From contig JBNKBE010000005.1 in NCBI GenBank assembly GCA_050287085.1, forward strand, positions 192,001 to 256,000: 64,000 nucleotides of DNA. Direction: 5' to 3'. The translations under genes were made by a program, and so were the position numbers. Position 1 is the stretch's first letter; each line of letters opens with the position of its first letter. The notes beneath the pieces were generated by a model. The model was not told the origin of the DNA. It saw only the letters and a list, made by a program, of their open reading frames with translations, and ran no database searches. This document shows, in pieces, positions 10,032 through 19,706 of this stretch. The stretch comes from Polyangiaceae bacterium (lineage in GTDB: Bacteria > Myxococcota_A > Polyangia > Polyangiales > Polyangiaceae).

Positions 10032-10552
10032 CGCTTCTTCGAGTGAGCGCCGATTTGCAGACGCTCACCCGCATAGGCGCCAACGAGTGCGAACAACACC
10101 CCCAACGCTCCGTACAATAGGTACATGAAGACCGGCTGCGTCTTCACGGTTTCGCTTTCAATCAAGTACATGACCGTGGGCATGGCTACGATGAAGGTCG
10201 CCACCGTGGGCTCAGCAAAGGTCTTTTCCGGTGAGATCAATCCCACGAGCACGCCTCCGCAGAACCAGACGGGAATAGCCAATACGCTGCCCGCCGAACC
10301 CTCGAAGTCGAACAGGGCCACGGCCATCGGAAGCCCCACGATGATGGCCGCCGTGAGAACGGCAATGACCACCACCGCAATCCCAAGCCAAGCGAAAGAG
10401 AACGGGCGGTCGTTGTAGCGCGCGTCGGCACCAGTACTTGGACGGTTTGAGGGCTGGAGCGGCGCCCCGCAGCCGGCGCAACGCTTCTTCGCGAGCCCGG
10501 GGTCATTGTCATGACCGCAGGCCGCGCACCGAATGAGCTTCTTCTTCCCCAT
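10028..10552 (-). CDS. Zinc-ribbon membrane protein
   Basis: CAAC..CAGC followed by four TM segments. Confidence 0.7.
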   Translation of the reverse strand: MGKKKLIRCAACGHDNDPGLAKKRCAGCGAPLQPSNRPSTGADARYNDRPFSFAWLGIAVVVIAVLTAAIIVGLPMAVALFDFEGSAGSVLAIPVWFCGGVLVGLISPEKTFAEPTVATFIVAMPTVMYLIESETVKTQPVFMYLLYGALGVLFALVGAYAGERLQIGAHSKKR

Positions 10553-10821
10553 AGGCCAATGGCGGCAGCTTTGCAGACCCCGGAGACGTGAGCAAACTCC
10601 TCACGCGTCAGCAGCGCCCCCCGAGCGGTGAGCGGCCAGCCCGCCGAGCGCGGCCGGAGGTCAGCTGACTTTGGCCTGAGGTGAGCGCCCGCTGCGCCGG
10701 ACTATCAATCTACTTGCATCTCCTCTGCAGGAAGCGCGTCGCTCGCCGTCCTCGCTTTCGCGGCAGTTTCCTTCGCCACTTTGGAACTCTGAGTGGCATG
10801 CGCTGTCGCAAGACAACAAGC

Positions 10822-11436
10822 ATGAGCACCCCCGAAACTGACCCCGAGCTGGAGGCCCTGCCGAAACCGCGCCGACCGTGGCGGATCGCTACGCTCTGCG
10901 CTCTTACCGTCCTCATCGGGGCCTCATTGTGGCTGGCCAGCGCGGCGCTTCCGCTCGCCCACTATGCGCTCAGCAGTGGTCAGCCCACGGAGCTGGGAGC
11001 GGTGAAGCGGGCTGAGTTGCGCGCGGAGCTCGAAAATCGATGGGTTCACGCGACCGGCCAGCTATCCAGTCACGCTGTTGGATATCAGCGTCCCCTGGAC
11101 AAGGACCGCTTCCGGCTCGCGCCCCTTGAAGGGCGCTCCGACCTCTGGGTCGAAATACGAGAACCCGCGGCCACTCGGGGCGAGTATTTCATCCCTCCAG
11201 AATCGTTCGTGGGACGCCTGGTGCGCTTCGACGCGCCAGGACTCCGCCACCGGGGTGTCCTCGACGCGCTGCGCCGCAGCGGGCAGCCTCTGCCCCCAAG
11301 GGACGCTTGGCTGCTCGTCGACGGCGACTCACCGAGCGCTACCCGCTGGGCCCTTGGCGTCATGGGACTGATGCTTGGCTTTGCGCTGTTTGCGATCTGG
11401 GGAATTCTGACGTTGTTGCGTCCAGCCCGGGGCTGA
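10822..11436 (+). CDS. Hypothetical membrane protein (N- and C-terminal TM)
   Basis: ORF with two hydrophobic helices flanking a soluble domain; start chosen at MSTPE. Confidence 0.65.
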   Translation: MSTPETDPELEALPKPRRPWRIATLCALTVLIGASLWLASAALPLAHYALSSGQPTELGAVKRAELRAELENRWVHATGQLSSHAVGYQRPLDKDRFRLAPLEGRSDLWVEIREPAATRGEYFIPPESFVGRLVRFDAPGLRHRGVLDALRRSGQPLPPRDAWLLVDGDSPSATRWALGVMGLMLGFALFAIWGILTLLRPARG

Positions 11437-11505
11437 ACTGCCCATCCGCGGGCCAAAGGGGGAATGGGCTTGGCGCCCGCTACGCCTGCGGCTAGAACGC
11501 CGCCC

Positions 11506-12540
11506 ATGGCTCTCACCTACCGACAGGCAGGCGTCGACATCGATTCCGGCGACAGCTTGGTGCAACGTATCAAACCCTTCGCTCGAAGCACCAGGACGCC
11601 CTTCGTGGTCGACGACGTCGGAGGATTTGCGGGCCTTTGTGGACTGCCCTCTGGCCTGGAAGAGCCCGTACTGGTCAGCGGCACCGACGGCGTCGGAACA
11701 AAGCTGAAGCTAGCTTTTGAGTCGGGTCGTCACGGCAGCGTCGGCCAGGACCTCGTGGCCATGTGCGTTAACGACATCTTGACCTGTGGCGCTAAACCTC
11801 TGTTTTTTCTTGACTATTTCGCATGCGGCAAGTTGGACCAAGACACCGCCGCAACGGTTATTGAAGGCATCGCGGCGGGCTGCAAGCTCGCTGGTTGCGC
11901 GCTGCTCGGGGGCGAAACAGCCGAGTTGCCAGGTATGTATCCCGAGGGTGAATACGATCTGGCCGGCTTTGCGGTTGGGGTCATCGAGCGCAAGAAGCTG
12001 CTCGGACCTCACCGCGTGCAGCTCGGCGACGAATTGGTCGCTATCGCATCGAGCGGCCTTCACTCGAACGGATACTCGCTCGCGCGGCGCGTCTTGCAGG
12101 GTGAATTATGCCTCGGATTGGATTCGGAACACGCTGCGCTGAGCCGCACCGTTGGAGATGAACTCCTGACCCCAACCCGCATCTACGCAAGTGCCATCGA
12201 ACGCGTGCTCGCGACCCACGAGGGGGCCGTGCACGCCATGAGCCATATCACCGGCGGCGGCGTCGTCGGAAACCTCCCGCGAGTGCTGGGCGAAGGCCAA
12301 GTCGCGGCGCTCGCCTTTGATCACCCGCGCCCGGCGGTATTCGACTTGATCCAACGAGGAGGCCCGGTCGAAGAAGAGGAAATGCGCCGCACTTTCAACC
12401 TGGGTATCGGGATGATCCTCGTGTGTGAGGCGGGACAGGGCGAAGCCATCGTGCAAACGCTCAACACCGTCGGTGAACAAGCCTGGTCGTGCGGCAGGAT
12501 CGTCGCTGGCACCGGCCCCGCGCGGGTGGAGATCGGCTGA
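11506..12540 (+). CDS. purM: Phosphoribosylformylglycinamidine cyclo-ligase (AIR synthetase)
   Basis: LTYRQAGVDID, GTDGVGTKL, GGETAELPG, SSGLHSNGYSL, HITGGG, RTFNLGIG. Confidence 0.97.
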   Translation: MALTYRQAGVDIDSGDSLVQRIKPFARSTRTPFVVDDVGGFAGLCGLPSGLEEPVLVSGTDGVGTKLKLAFESGRHGSVGQDLVAMCVNDILTCGAKPLFFLDYFACGKLDQDTAATVIEGIAAGCKLAGCALLGGETAELPGMYPEGEYDLAGFAVGVIERKKLLGPHRVQLGDELVAIASSGLHSNGYSLARRVLQGELCLGLDSEHAALSRTVGDELLTPTRIYASAIERVLATHEGAVHAMSHITGGGVVGNLPRVLGEGQVAALAFDHPRPAVFDLIQRGGPVEEEEMRRTFNLGIGMILVCEAGQGEAIVQTLNTVGEQAWSCGRIVAGTGPARVEIG

Positions 12541-12547
12541 CGGCCCA

Positions 12548-14110
12548 ATGACGCACCGACACTACGACGTCGTCGTGCTCGGGCGTTCGCTCGGAGCGCT
12601 GGCGGCGGCGGCGCTGCTGGCTCGTCGGGACTTCAGCGTCCTGCTACTGGGACAAGGACAACGGGCTCCGTCCTATCGCTTCGACGAACATTGTTTGAAG
12701 CGCCGGGCATTCTCCCTGCTGTTTGGAGAATCACCCGTTTGGCAACGCATTCTTCGCGACCTCGCGCAATCGCAAATCTTCCGCCGCCGCATGCGAGCGC
12801 TCGAACCCATGTTCGCCATTGCCGCCGCGGACCGCCGCCTCTCGATGTCGGAGCAGCCCGAGCGCTTTGCCGCGGAAATCCGACGCGAGTTTCCCGAAGT
12901 CCAGCAGTTGGTGGATGAACTGTATGGACGGCTTGCGGAAGCCAACGTAGCCATTGACGCAGCCTTGGCTCGCGACGCGGTATGGCCTGCAACCCGTTGG
13001 CTGGAGAAGGTTGAGGCGAGCCGCGTGTCTCAAGCGCTGCCCCATGACAAGCTGGAAAGCGAGGGCGAACTACTCGCCAAATTCCCCAGCGGTCACCCAT
13101 ATCGGGAGTTCTTCAGCATCCCGACCTCTTTCGCCTCACACCTGGACGCGAACGCGGGGCTGCCTCCGCTTTCCTCGGCGCGACTGGCGGGAAGCTGGAC
13201 GCGAGGCGTTAGCGCGCTGGTCCAAGGAGAGGACGAGCTCGAACGCTTTCTGCTCGAGCGTTTCGCTGCACACGGAGGAATCGCGGAGCTCGGGGTCAAG
13301 GCGGAGCGAATCGTCGTCGAAGGCGGTCGTGCCCGAGCGGTCGAAACCGACGCGCACGACGATCCCATTGGGACCGACGCGGTGCTCACCTGCTTATCCG
13401 GCGAGGCCGTAGGCGAGCTATCTGAAGGCAAGGGAATAACAAAACGTGCCCGCGCCGAGTGGCCACACCTCACGCCCACGGCCGGCCGCTTCACGGTGAG
13501 TATTCTGGCCCACCGCATGGGTATTCCGGAACCGCTACCCGAAGAGAGTTTCCTGCTACCCGAAAGTGCTTCGCGGCCCGACCCTAGACGCCCAGTCGTT
13601 CATTTGCAGCGCTACGATGCACACCGCCTCGAGCCCCAAGGCGATCCGAATCACGTCTTGCTCGTCGCCGAAGCGTTGCTGCCGGCCGCCGGAGCGCTCA
13701 CCTTGACGGAGGCGCGCTATGCTGTAACCAGCATGGTGCGTCGGCATCTGCCCTTCATCGATCGACATCTGCTGCTGATCGATAGCACCCACGATGGCTT
13801 GCCTCTCCACGATTTTCGCAGCGGTACACGGCGCGAGATCGATCGCGTACACGTCGCTGGGACCCAAGCGGGACCGGAATTCATGGAATATCAATGGACG
13901 GTTGAGCCCCACGGACTCTTGGGCATCGCCGGAGAAAGCGTACGCGGCCCCGTACCTGGTACCTTTCTGGTGGGTCCAACCACTTTGCCCGGCCTGGGTC
14001 AGGAGGGTGAACTCGTTTCGGCGTGGAGCGTAACGCGACTGCTAACGCAACGGGACGCACCACGCCAACGACGGCGGCGCCAACTGTGGACCAAATTCGA
14101 AACCGGCTGA
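12548..14110 (+). CDS. Phytoene dehydrogenase-like FAD-dependent oxidoreductase (degenerate dinucleotide motif)
   Basis: N-terminal YDVVVLGRSLGALAAAALLA; C-terminal FLVGPTTLPGLGQEGE. Confidence 0.7.
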   Translation: MTHRHYDVVVLGRSLGALAAAALLARRDFSVLLLGQGQRAPSYRFDEHCLKRRAFSLLFGESPVWQRILRDLAQSQIFRRRMRALEPMFAIAAADRRLSMSEQPERFAAEIRREFPEVQQLVDELYGRLAEANVAIDAALARDAVWPATRWLEKVEASRVSQALPHDKLESEGELLAKFPSGHPYREFFSIPTSFASHLDANAGLPPLSSARLAGSWTRGVSALVQGEDELERFLLERFAAHGGIAELGVKAERIVVEGGRARAVETDAHDDPIGTDAVLTCLSGEAVGELSEGKGITKRARAEWPHLTPTAGRFTVSILAHRMGIPEPLPEESFLLPESASRPDPRRPVVHLQRYDAHRLEPQGDPNHVLLVAEALLPAAGALTLTEARYAVTSMVRRHLPFIDRHLLLIDSTHDGLPLHDFRSGTRREIDRVHVAGTQAGPEFMEYQWTVEPHGLLGIAGESVRGPVPGTFLVGPTTLPGLGQEGELVSAWSVTRLLTQRDAPRQRRRRQLWTKFETG

Positions 14111-14113
14111 GTC

Positions 14114-14686
14114 ATGAGGATCATTGCTGGAAGCCGCCGCGGACGCCCTTTGAAGGCTCCCCAAGGACTCGGCACGCGTCCCACTATTGACCGCGTGCGC
14201 GAGGCCTTGTTTTCCATTCTCGGCCCCGTCGACGACTTGGTCGTGATAGACTGTTACGCCGGAACCGGCGCCATGGGTCTCGAGGCGGCGTCGCGTGGTG
14301 CGCGCGACGTGACCTTGATTGAAGCCGACCGCAACGCCCATCGAGTCCTCTGCGCCAATATCGCCTCGCTTGGCTTACAAGACTCCTGTCGGGCTTGGCA
14401 TTGCCGAGTCGAAGCCCTCGCACGCCGCTACCGAGCAAGCTCCAGCGACACGGCCGGTCTCGGGATCGACCTCGTACTGGCGGACCCTCCGTGGCCGATT
14501 GCACAACAAGCCGCGGAAGTTCTCGTGCGGGAGCTTCCGCCCCTGCTCGCGCCGAATGCACGCGTTGTCATCGGACACCCCAAGCGCTCCCCGGTAGCGC
14601 TGCCCGAGAACGCGCCCTTCGAACTCGAGACTCTGCGCTCTTGGGGGGATTCCGGGCTGAGCTTCTTCACCTACCGGGCTCGCTGA
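14114..14686 (+). CDS. rsmD: 16S rRNA (guanine966-N2)-methyltransferase
   Basis: MRIIAG, TRPTIDRVREALF, YAGTGAMGLEA, DPPW. Confidence 0.93.
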   Translation: MRIIAGSRRGRPLKAPQGLGTRPTIDRVREALFSILGPVDDLVVIDCYAGTGAMGLEAASRGARDVTLIEADRNAHRVLCANIASLGLQDSCRAWHCRVEALARRYRASSSDTAGLGIDLVLADPPWPIAQQAAEVLVRELPPLLAPNARVVIGHPKRSPVALPENAPFELETLRSWGDSGLSFFTYRAR

Positions 14687-14761
14687 AAGCCCCCAGAAGC
14701 CTGGCCCACAAAAAGAGCGTCGTCGCCTTCAGAGGAGCTGCCACCTGCCGCTCTATGCGGC

Positions 14762-15451
14762 ATGAGTTGCGACCCCAGTCTGCCGGCGCCTCCCATGGCG
14801 AGCCCGAGCCCGGCCGTGTTGCTCCTCGGAGCCCTGGCCGCCTTAGGTCTGGGCGCGACGCTGTACTTCACGGCTTCGTATCTGGCTCCCCAATCGGCCC
14901 AGGGGCTGGTCACCTCTACGCGCCCTGATTCGGTGCTCGCTACCCCGAAAAGCGCGGCTCCGGAAGTCGGCGCCCGGGTTGTCACTCTACCCCCCCCGCC
15001 CTCGGAAACTGAGCTGCTCGCCCAGCAGCCCGCAGTAAGCCCTAGCGTAGCGTCGGCTGCGGCGCCCACAGCGGCTGCGGCGCCTGCGCCCCGAAGGGGC
15101 GCTCAGCACTCCGGCGCAGTCGCGCTCGCGGCAGCGTCGCCGAGCGCGTGTGCAGACACGTGCCAGGGACCCAGTCGTTCCATGACGCAGGCGCTTCACT
15201 CCAACGCCCGAGCGGCTAGGAGCTGCTACCAATCAGCCCTCAAGCAGGGCAGCAACGCGTCGGGCAAGCTCACGGTGCGGGTACGAGTGGCGGGTTCCGG
15301 CAAGCTTTGCTCCGCGCACGTGGAAAGCGACACCCTCGGAGATCCTACGGTGTCCGCTTGTGTCGCCGCACGTTTCCGCAGGAGCCGCTACCCTCAAAAC
15401 CCTCACGGCTGCAGCGAAGCCCGAGTCCCGATCAGCTTTCTCGCTCAGTGA
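14762..15451 (+). CDS. AgmX/PglI-type (TonB C-terminal-like) domain membrane-anchored protein
   Basis: TM, Pro/Ala linker, RSCYQSALK...GKLTVRVRV...SDTLGDPTVSACV...RYP. Confidence 0.7.
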   Translation: MSCDPSLPAPPMASPSPAVLLLGALAALGLGATLYFTASYLAPQSAQGLVTSTRPDSVLATPKSAAPEVGARVVTLPPPPSETELLAQQPAVSPSVASAAAPTAAAAPAPRRGAQHSGAVALAAASPSACADTCQGPSRSMTQALHSNARAARSCYQSALKQGSNASGKLTVRVRVAGSGKLCSAHVESDTLGDPTVSACVAARFRRSRYPQNPHGCSEARVPISFLAQ

Positions 15452-15589
15452 GGCTGAGCAGACCCACGCCGGCCTTGTCCTCGGATTTCGGCTCCCAGCT
15501 GCCGCAGCGCAAACCACGCGGGTTTGCGGGCCCGGCGCCTCGTCGCTAGATACCTGGATTCGCAGATGCGCGCGTGGTAGGGGCGGCTC

Positions 15590-16414
15590 GTGTGGAAGCG
15601 ACGACAGTTTGGCGTTCTGTTGCGCATCGCCTACGACGGGCGCCCCTTCTCGGGACTGGCAGCGCAAAGCAACGCTCGTACCGTGGCCGGCACGCTGCAG
15701 GAGGCGATCGCCACGATGGCGCCGGATGCCACAGCCCTCCGCGTCTGCAGCCGCACTGACGCCGGGGTGCACGCCAAGGAGCAGTTCGTCGCTTTTCAAA
15801 CCGACCGCGACATCAACTCCCGCGGCTGGGTCCTCGGGCTCGCAGGTGTCTTGCCCCCTGAGATTGCCGTGCTCAGCGCCGAGAAGGTCGATCCCGGATT
15901 CGAGCCGTGTAAGTGCTCGCTCGAAAAGATCTACTGCTATTCCGTTTTGGAAGGAGTCATTCCCGACCCTTTTGAGGAGGGTAGATCCTGGCGGGTGTTC
16001 GAAAGGTTAAACCACGAGAAAATGAGAGGCGCGGCGGCGCTGCTCGTGGGCACCCATGACTTCCGAGCCTTTCGTGGTCGGGGTGACGTACGGACCAACA
16101 CGATCCGAACCATCCATTCCGCAACCCTCGAACCGCGCCCGGGAGACGCAAGAATCCTGGAGATTCGCCTGCGAGGCAATGCGTTTCTCTACCATATGGT
16201 GCGCATCATCGCGGGCACCCTGGTGGACGTCGGGCGCGGTCGCCGCGAGCCGGAAGCGCTCCAGAAAGCGCTGCAAGTCGGAGACCGTTTGCTGCTCGGC
16301 GTGACCGCGCCGGCAGCTGGGTTGTGTTTGGAACACATCGAGTTACGCCAACGCGGTAGCGACCAGTGGCCATACCACTTGGACGGCGCGCCGGAGGTGA
16401 CCGCGTCATGTTGA
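15590..16414 (+). CDS. truA: tRNA pseudouridine(38-40) synthase
   Basis: IAYDG, SRTDAGVHA, GTHDFRAF, GNAFLYHMVR, TAPAAGLCL. Confidence 0.95.
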   Translation: MWKRRQFGVLLRIAYDGRPFSGLAAQSNARTVAGTLQEAIATMAPDATALRVCSRTDAGVHAKEQFVAFQTDRDINSRGWVLGLAGVLPPEIAVLSAEKVDPGFEPCKCSLEKIYCYSVLEGVIPDPFEEGRSWRVFERLNHEKMRGAAALLVGTHDFRAFRGRGDVRTNTIRTIHSATLEPRPGDARILEIRLRGNAFLYHMVRIIAGTLVDVGRGRREPEALQKALQVGDRLLLGVTAPAAGLCLEHIELRQRGSDQWPYHLDGAPEVTASC

Positions 16415-16446
16415 TGCACCCAACGCTGCTTTTCTCAGCCCCGTAA

Positions 16447-16476
16447 TTGACGTTTCGACGCGCTAGCCCCTAGGTT
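16447..16476 (+). promoter_or_regulatory. Sigma70-like promoter for the spt operon
   Basis: TTGACG-N18-TAGGTT. Confidence 0.45.
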
Positions 16477-16482
16477 CCGCCC

Positions 16483-16557
16483 GCCATCGCGGAGCGTGAG
16501 AGACGCAAGTGTGAATCTCACGCCCACTGTGAAAACAAGGCCCGTCTACCGCATGGC
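16483..16557 (+). ncRNA. Putative structured 5' leader of spt
   Basis: Closing stem GCCAT(C)GCGG/CCGCATGGC, 8-bp stem GCGTGAGA/TCTCACGC, GCAA and GAAA tetraloops. Confidence 0.4.
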
Positions 16558-16613
16558 AACGACTTGACCTAACCTCGGATCGCTTGCCGTCGGTTAACGT
16601 ACGGAGAATCACC

Positions 16614-18419
16614 ATGGGTATTCGCAAAAGAATCTTGGAACGCGGTAGGTCCCTCATCCTGACCCCTCGTGTGTTGAACGTCCTGTCCGACGATCGGGTG
16701 ATGAAGGCGGTCGAAGGTGTGATGGACGCCAAGGTTCGCGTACGTGCCGCCTGGCATATCCTCCGCGACGGTCATGAGCTGCCGGCCATCGATCCCGCCC
16801 TGGACGACTCCATCGGGGTGATGGAGGGCGATGAAGAGGCCTCCTACGGGGATCGTTCCGCTCCCGATCTCAGCAACGTCAGCGCGCTTCGCCCGCGACG
16901 TGGTCCTGCACTCCCTTCGTCGAACACTACTGCGCCGTCCAGCGGCACTCCGTCGAGCCATGGCACGGGTCCTGGCTCGAGTCCTGGGGGATATCGCAAA
17001 CAAGGCGTCGTCGGTGGTGATCGCGCAGTCGCGCTGAGCACGGAGGGCAGCCTCGCTCGCAAGCTCGGCCCCGATGAGCTACTGGACGCGACAGAACCCG
17101 CGCCTGACTCCGAGCCGCGCACGCTCCCGCCACCCGCGCCTGGGGCGGCACAGTCGCTGGGCACCACCACCGACATGAACACGTCGCTCAAGGAGCGAAG
17201 CTCCCTGGCTGCGCTTGGTGGCAAAGACCTGTTCGAAAAGGCGCGCTTGTTCAAGGCTGCCGACAATGCTCGCAAGCGCGGCATCTACCCGTTCTTCCGT
17301 CCGCTCGACTTCAACGACGGACCGGAAGCGGTGCTGGACGGTAAGCGGGTCACGATGTTTGGCTCCAACAACTACCTAGGCCTAACGACACATCCAAAGG
17401 TGCGTCAGGCGGCCACCGATGCCATCGCGCGCTTCGGCACGAGCATGACAGGTTCTCGACTCGTCAACGGCAGTATGAAACTGCATAACGAGTTCGAAGA
17501 GAAGCTCGCCGACTACTTTGGCAAGGAGGCCGCCGTCGTCTTTACGACCGGCTATCAGGTAAACATTGCTACGTGTTCTGCGCTCTTGAGCAACAAGAAG
17601 GCCGTCGCGATCATCGATCGCAACGTACACGCCTCACTCTACGACGGCGTTCGACTGGGTCAAGCCGCGGGTTGCCAGTTGGTTCGCTACAAGCACAACG
17701 ATCCTGCCTCGCTCGAGCGTGCATTGGCCAAGCTGGACGATAGCGAGGGCGCTATGGTCATCACCGATGGCGTATTCAGCGCGGAGGGTGAGCTCGCCCG
17801 CCTCGATGAAATCGTTCCAATAGTGAAGCGACATGGCGCTCGCCTCTTCGTTGATGACGCGCACGCGCTCGGCGTCATTGGTCCAGGGGGACGTGGTACC
17901 GCGCACCACTTTGGCGTAGAAGACGACGTCGATCTGATTGGCGGAACCTTCAGCAAGTCGATGGCAAGTATCGGCGGCTACCTGGTTGGAGAGCGCAAGG
18001 TGCTCGAGTATGTCCAGCACTTCGCGCCGTCATACATGTTCGCCGCGAGCGCCGCGCCTCCCTCTGTGGCCGCAGCTATGGCCGCTTTCGAGGTAATGCA
18101 GGAAGAGCCCTGGCGCATCGAGAAGGTCCGCGAAAACTATACCTACATGCGCGACGAGTTGACCAAGATGGGGTTCGAACTCGGCAAGACCGAGAGCGCC
18201 GTGGTTCCCATCTATATTCGTCAAGATCTCCGGACTCTGATGATGTGGCGGAGCTTGCTCGAGGACTACGGTATATACACCAATCCCTTCATCTCGCCGG
18301 GCGTACCACCCAAGCACGCGATGCTCCGCACGAGCTACATGGCAACCCATGAGCGCAAGCATCTCGACCGCGGGTTGGAGGCGTTCTACGCGGTCGGCAA
18401 GAAGTACGGCGTAATCTGA
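16614..18419 (+). CDS. spt: Serine palmitoyltransferase-like alpha-oxoamine synthase with long N-terminal extension
   Basis: GSNNYLGL, GSRLVNGS, HASL, DDAH, PLP lysine in GTFSKS; followed by GNAT and SDR genes as in ceramide loci. Confidence 0.8.
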   Translation: MGIRKRILERGRSLILTPRVLNVLSDDRVMKAVEGVMDAKVRVRAAWHILRDGHELPAIDPALDDSIGVMEGDEEASYGDRSAPDLSNVSALRPRRGPALPSSNTTAPSSGTPSSHGTGPGSSPGGYRKQGVVGGDRAVALSTEGSLARKLGPDELLDATEPAPDSEPRTLPPPAPGAAQSLGTTTDMNTSLKERSSLAALGGKDLFEKARLFKAADNARKRGIYPFFRPLDFNDGPEAVLDGKRVTMFGSNNYLGLTTHPKVRQAATDAIARFGTSMTGSRLVNGSMKLHNEFEEKLADYFGKEAAVVFTTGYQVNIATCSALLSNKKAVAIIDRNVHASLYDGVRLGQAAGCQLVRYKHNDPASLERALAKLDDSEGAMVITDGVFSAEGELARLDEIVPIVKRHGARLFVDDAHALGVIGPGGRGTAHHFGVEDDVDLIGGTFSKSMASIGGYLVGERKVLEYVQHFAPSYMFAASAAPPSVAAAMAAFEVMQEEPWRIEKVRENYTYMRDELTKMGFELGKTESAVVPIYIRQDLRTLMMWRSLLEDYGIYTNPFISPGVPPKHAMLRTSYMATHERKHLDRGLEAFYAVGKKYGVI

Positions 18420-18578
18420 TACGGCGCTCGCGTCCGCAACTCCACGTCGGGGCCCCCGACGGTCGCCTGTGTGAGCCGGTCGTCGTGGACCTGCTCAGTA
18501 TCAGTCCGGTTCTCCTACTCTGAATTGACTTTCCGAACGTGCGCGACTTAGCTGCCGACATGCAGCGCGAGGCATCTG

Positions 18579-19706
18579 TTGACCGTTGAGGTCCGGGAAG
18601 TGCGACTTGGAGGAAATCTCAAGGATTTCCTTCAAGTCGTGGACTACATCTACCGGGGTGATCCCCACTACGTGAGACCGCTTGATCTTGACGTCAAAGG
18701 ACGGCTTTCGCCCAAGCACCCCTTCTTCGACCACGGACAGGCGGCCATCTTCACCGCCTACCGAAATGGCTACTGCGTTGGACGTATCACTGCGCAAATA
18801 GACCGCCAACACCTGGAGCTACACCAAGATGGCACCGGCTTCTTCGGATTCTTCGATACGACCGACGATCCAGAGGTGGCTCGCGTACTACTCGATCGTG
18901 CAGCGCGTTGGCTCCGCGCCCGTGGCATGCACCGCATGGCAGGCCCCTTCTCGCTAAGCTCGAAAGACGAAGTTGGATGTCTCGTCGACGGTTTCGACTC
19001 CCCCCCCATGTTGATGATGCCCCATCATCGCCCCTATCAGGGTGAGTTGATAGAAGGCGCTGGGCTCAGCCGACTGCGCACCCTCTACGCGTGGCGCTAC
19101 GAGGTAGGCAACGTCAAGCCTCGCGTCCAGAAGGCGGAAGCAGAGATCGATGCCTTGCCGGAGGTTACGTCACGCCACGTGGACATGCGTAACCTCGAAC
19201 GAGACGTGCGACTGATTGTCGATATCACCAATGATGCTTGGTCGGAGCATTGGTTCTTTGCCCCGCTCACGGAGCGAGAGCTCAAGCAAATAGCCGCCGA
19301 CATGAAGCTGCTTGTACGCCCAGAGCTGACGCAACTGGTATTCATAGACGGCGAGCCGGCAGCCGTCGCGCTCGCGCTGCCCAATCTGAACGAAGCCACC
19401 GCCGACTTAAACGGTAAGCTATTCCCCACTGGCATTGCCAAGCTCTTGTATCGGCTCAAGGTTCGTCGCCCGGAAACGGCGCGCCTCGTGTTCTTGGGTA
19501 TTCGCAAGAAATTCCGTAGCCAACGCAAGTACGCTGGTCTGAGCCTGGGCCTATATTCGAAGCTCAACAGCGCCGGGCAAGAGCTCGGTATCCGCTGGGG
19601 AGAACTATCCTGGACCGATGAGCAGAACGGCGCCGTCAACGCCGCCATCAAGATGATGGGAGCCCGCATCTACAAGCGCCTCGCCGTCTACGACCGCCCC
19701 CTATGA
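18579..19706 (+). CDS. GNAT-fold protein, putative bacterial ceramide synthase (bCerS-like)
   Basis: VGRITAQID, GFFGFFD, GCLVDGFDSPPMLMMPH, NDAWSEHWFFAP, ALPNLNE, ELSWTDEQN; directly after spt. Confidence 0.75.
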   Translation: MTVEVREVRLGGNLKDFLQVVDYIYRGDPHYVRPLDLDVKGRLSPKHPFFDHGQAAIFTAYRNGYCVGRITAQIDRQHLELHQDGTGFFGFFDTTDDPEVARVLLDRAARWLRARGMHRMAGPFSLSSKDEVGCLVDGFDSPPMLMMPHHRPYQGELIEGAGLSRLRTLYAWRYEVGNVKPRVQKAEAEIDALPEVTSRHVDMRNLERDVRLIVDITNDAWSEHWFFAPLTERELKQIAADMKLLVRPELTQLVFIDGEPAAVALALPNLNEATADLNGKLFPTGIAKLLYRLKVRRPETARLVFLGIRKKFRSQRKYAGLSLGLYSKLNSAGQELGIRWGELSWTDEQNGAVNAAIKMMGARIYKRLAVYDRPL

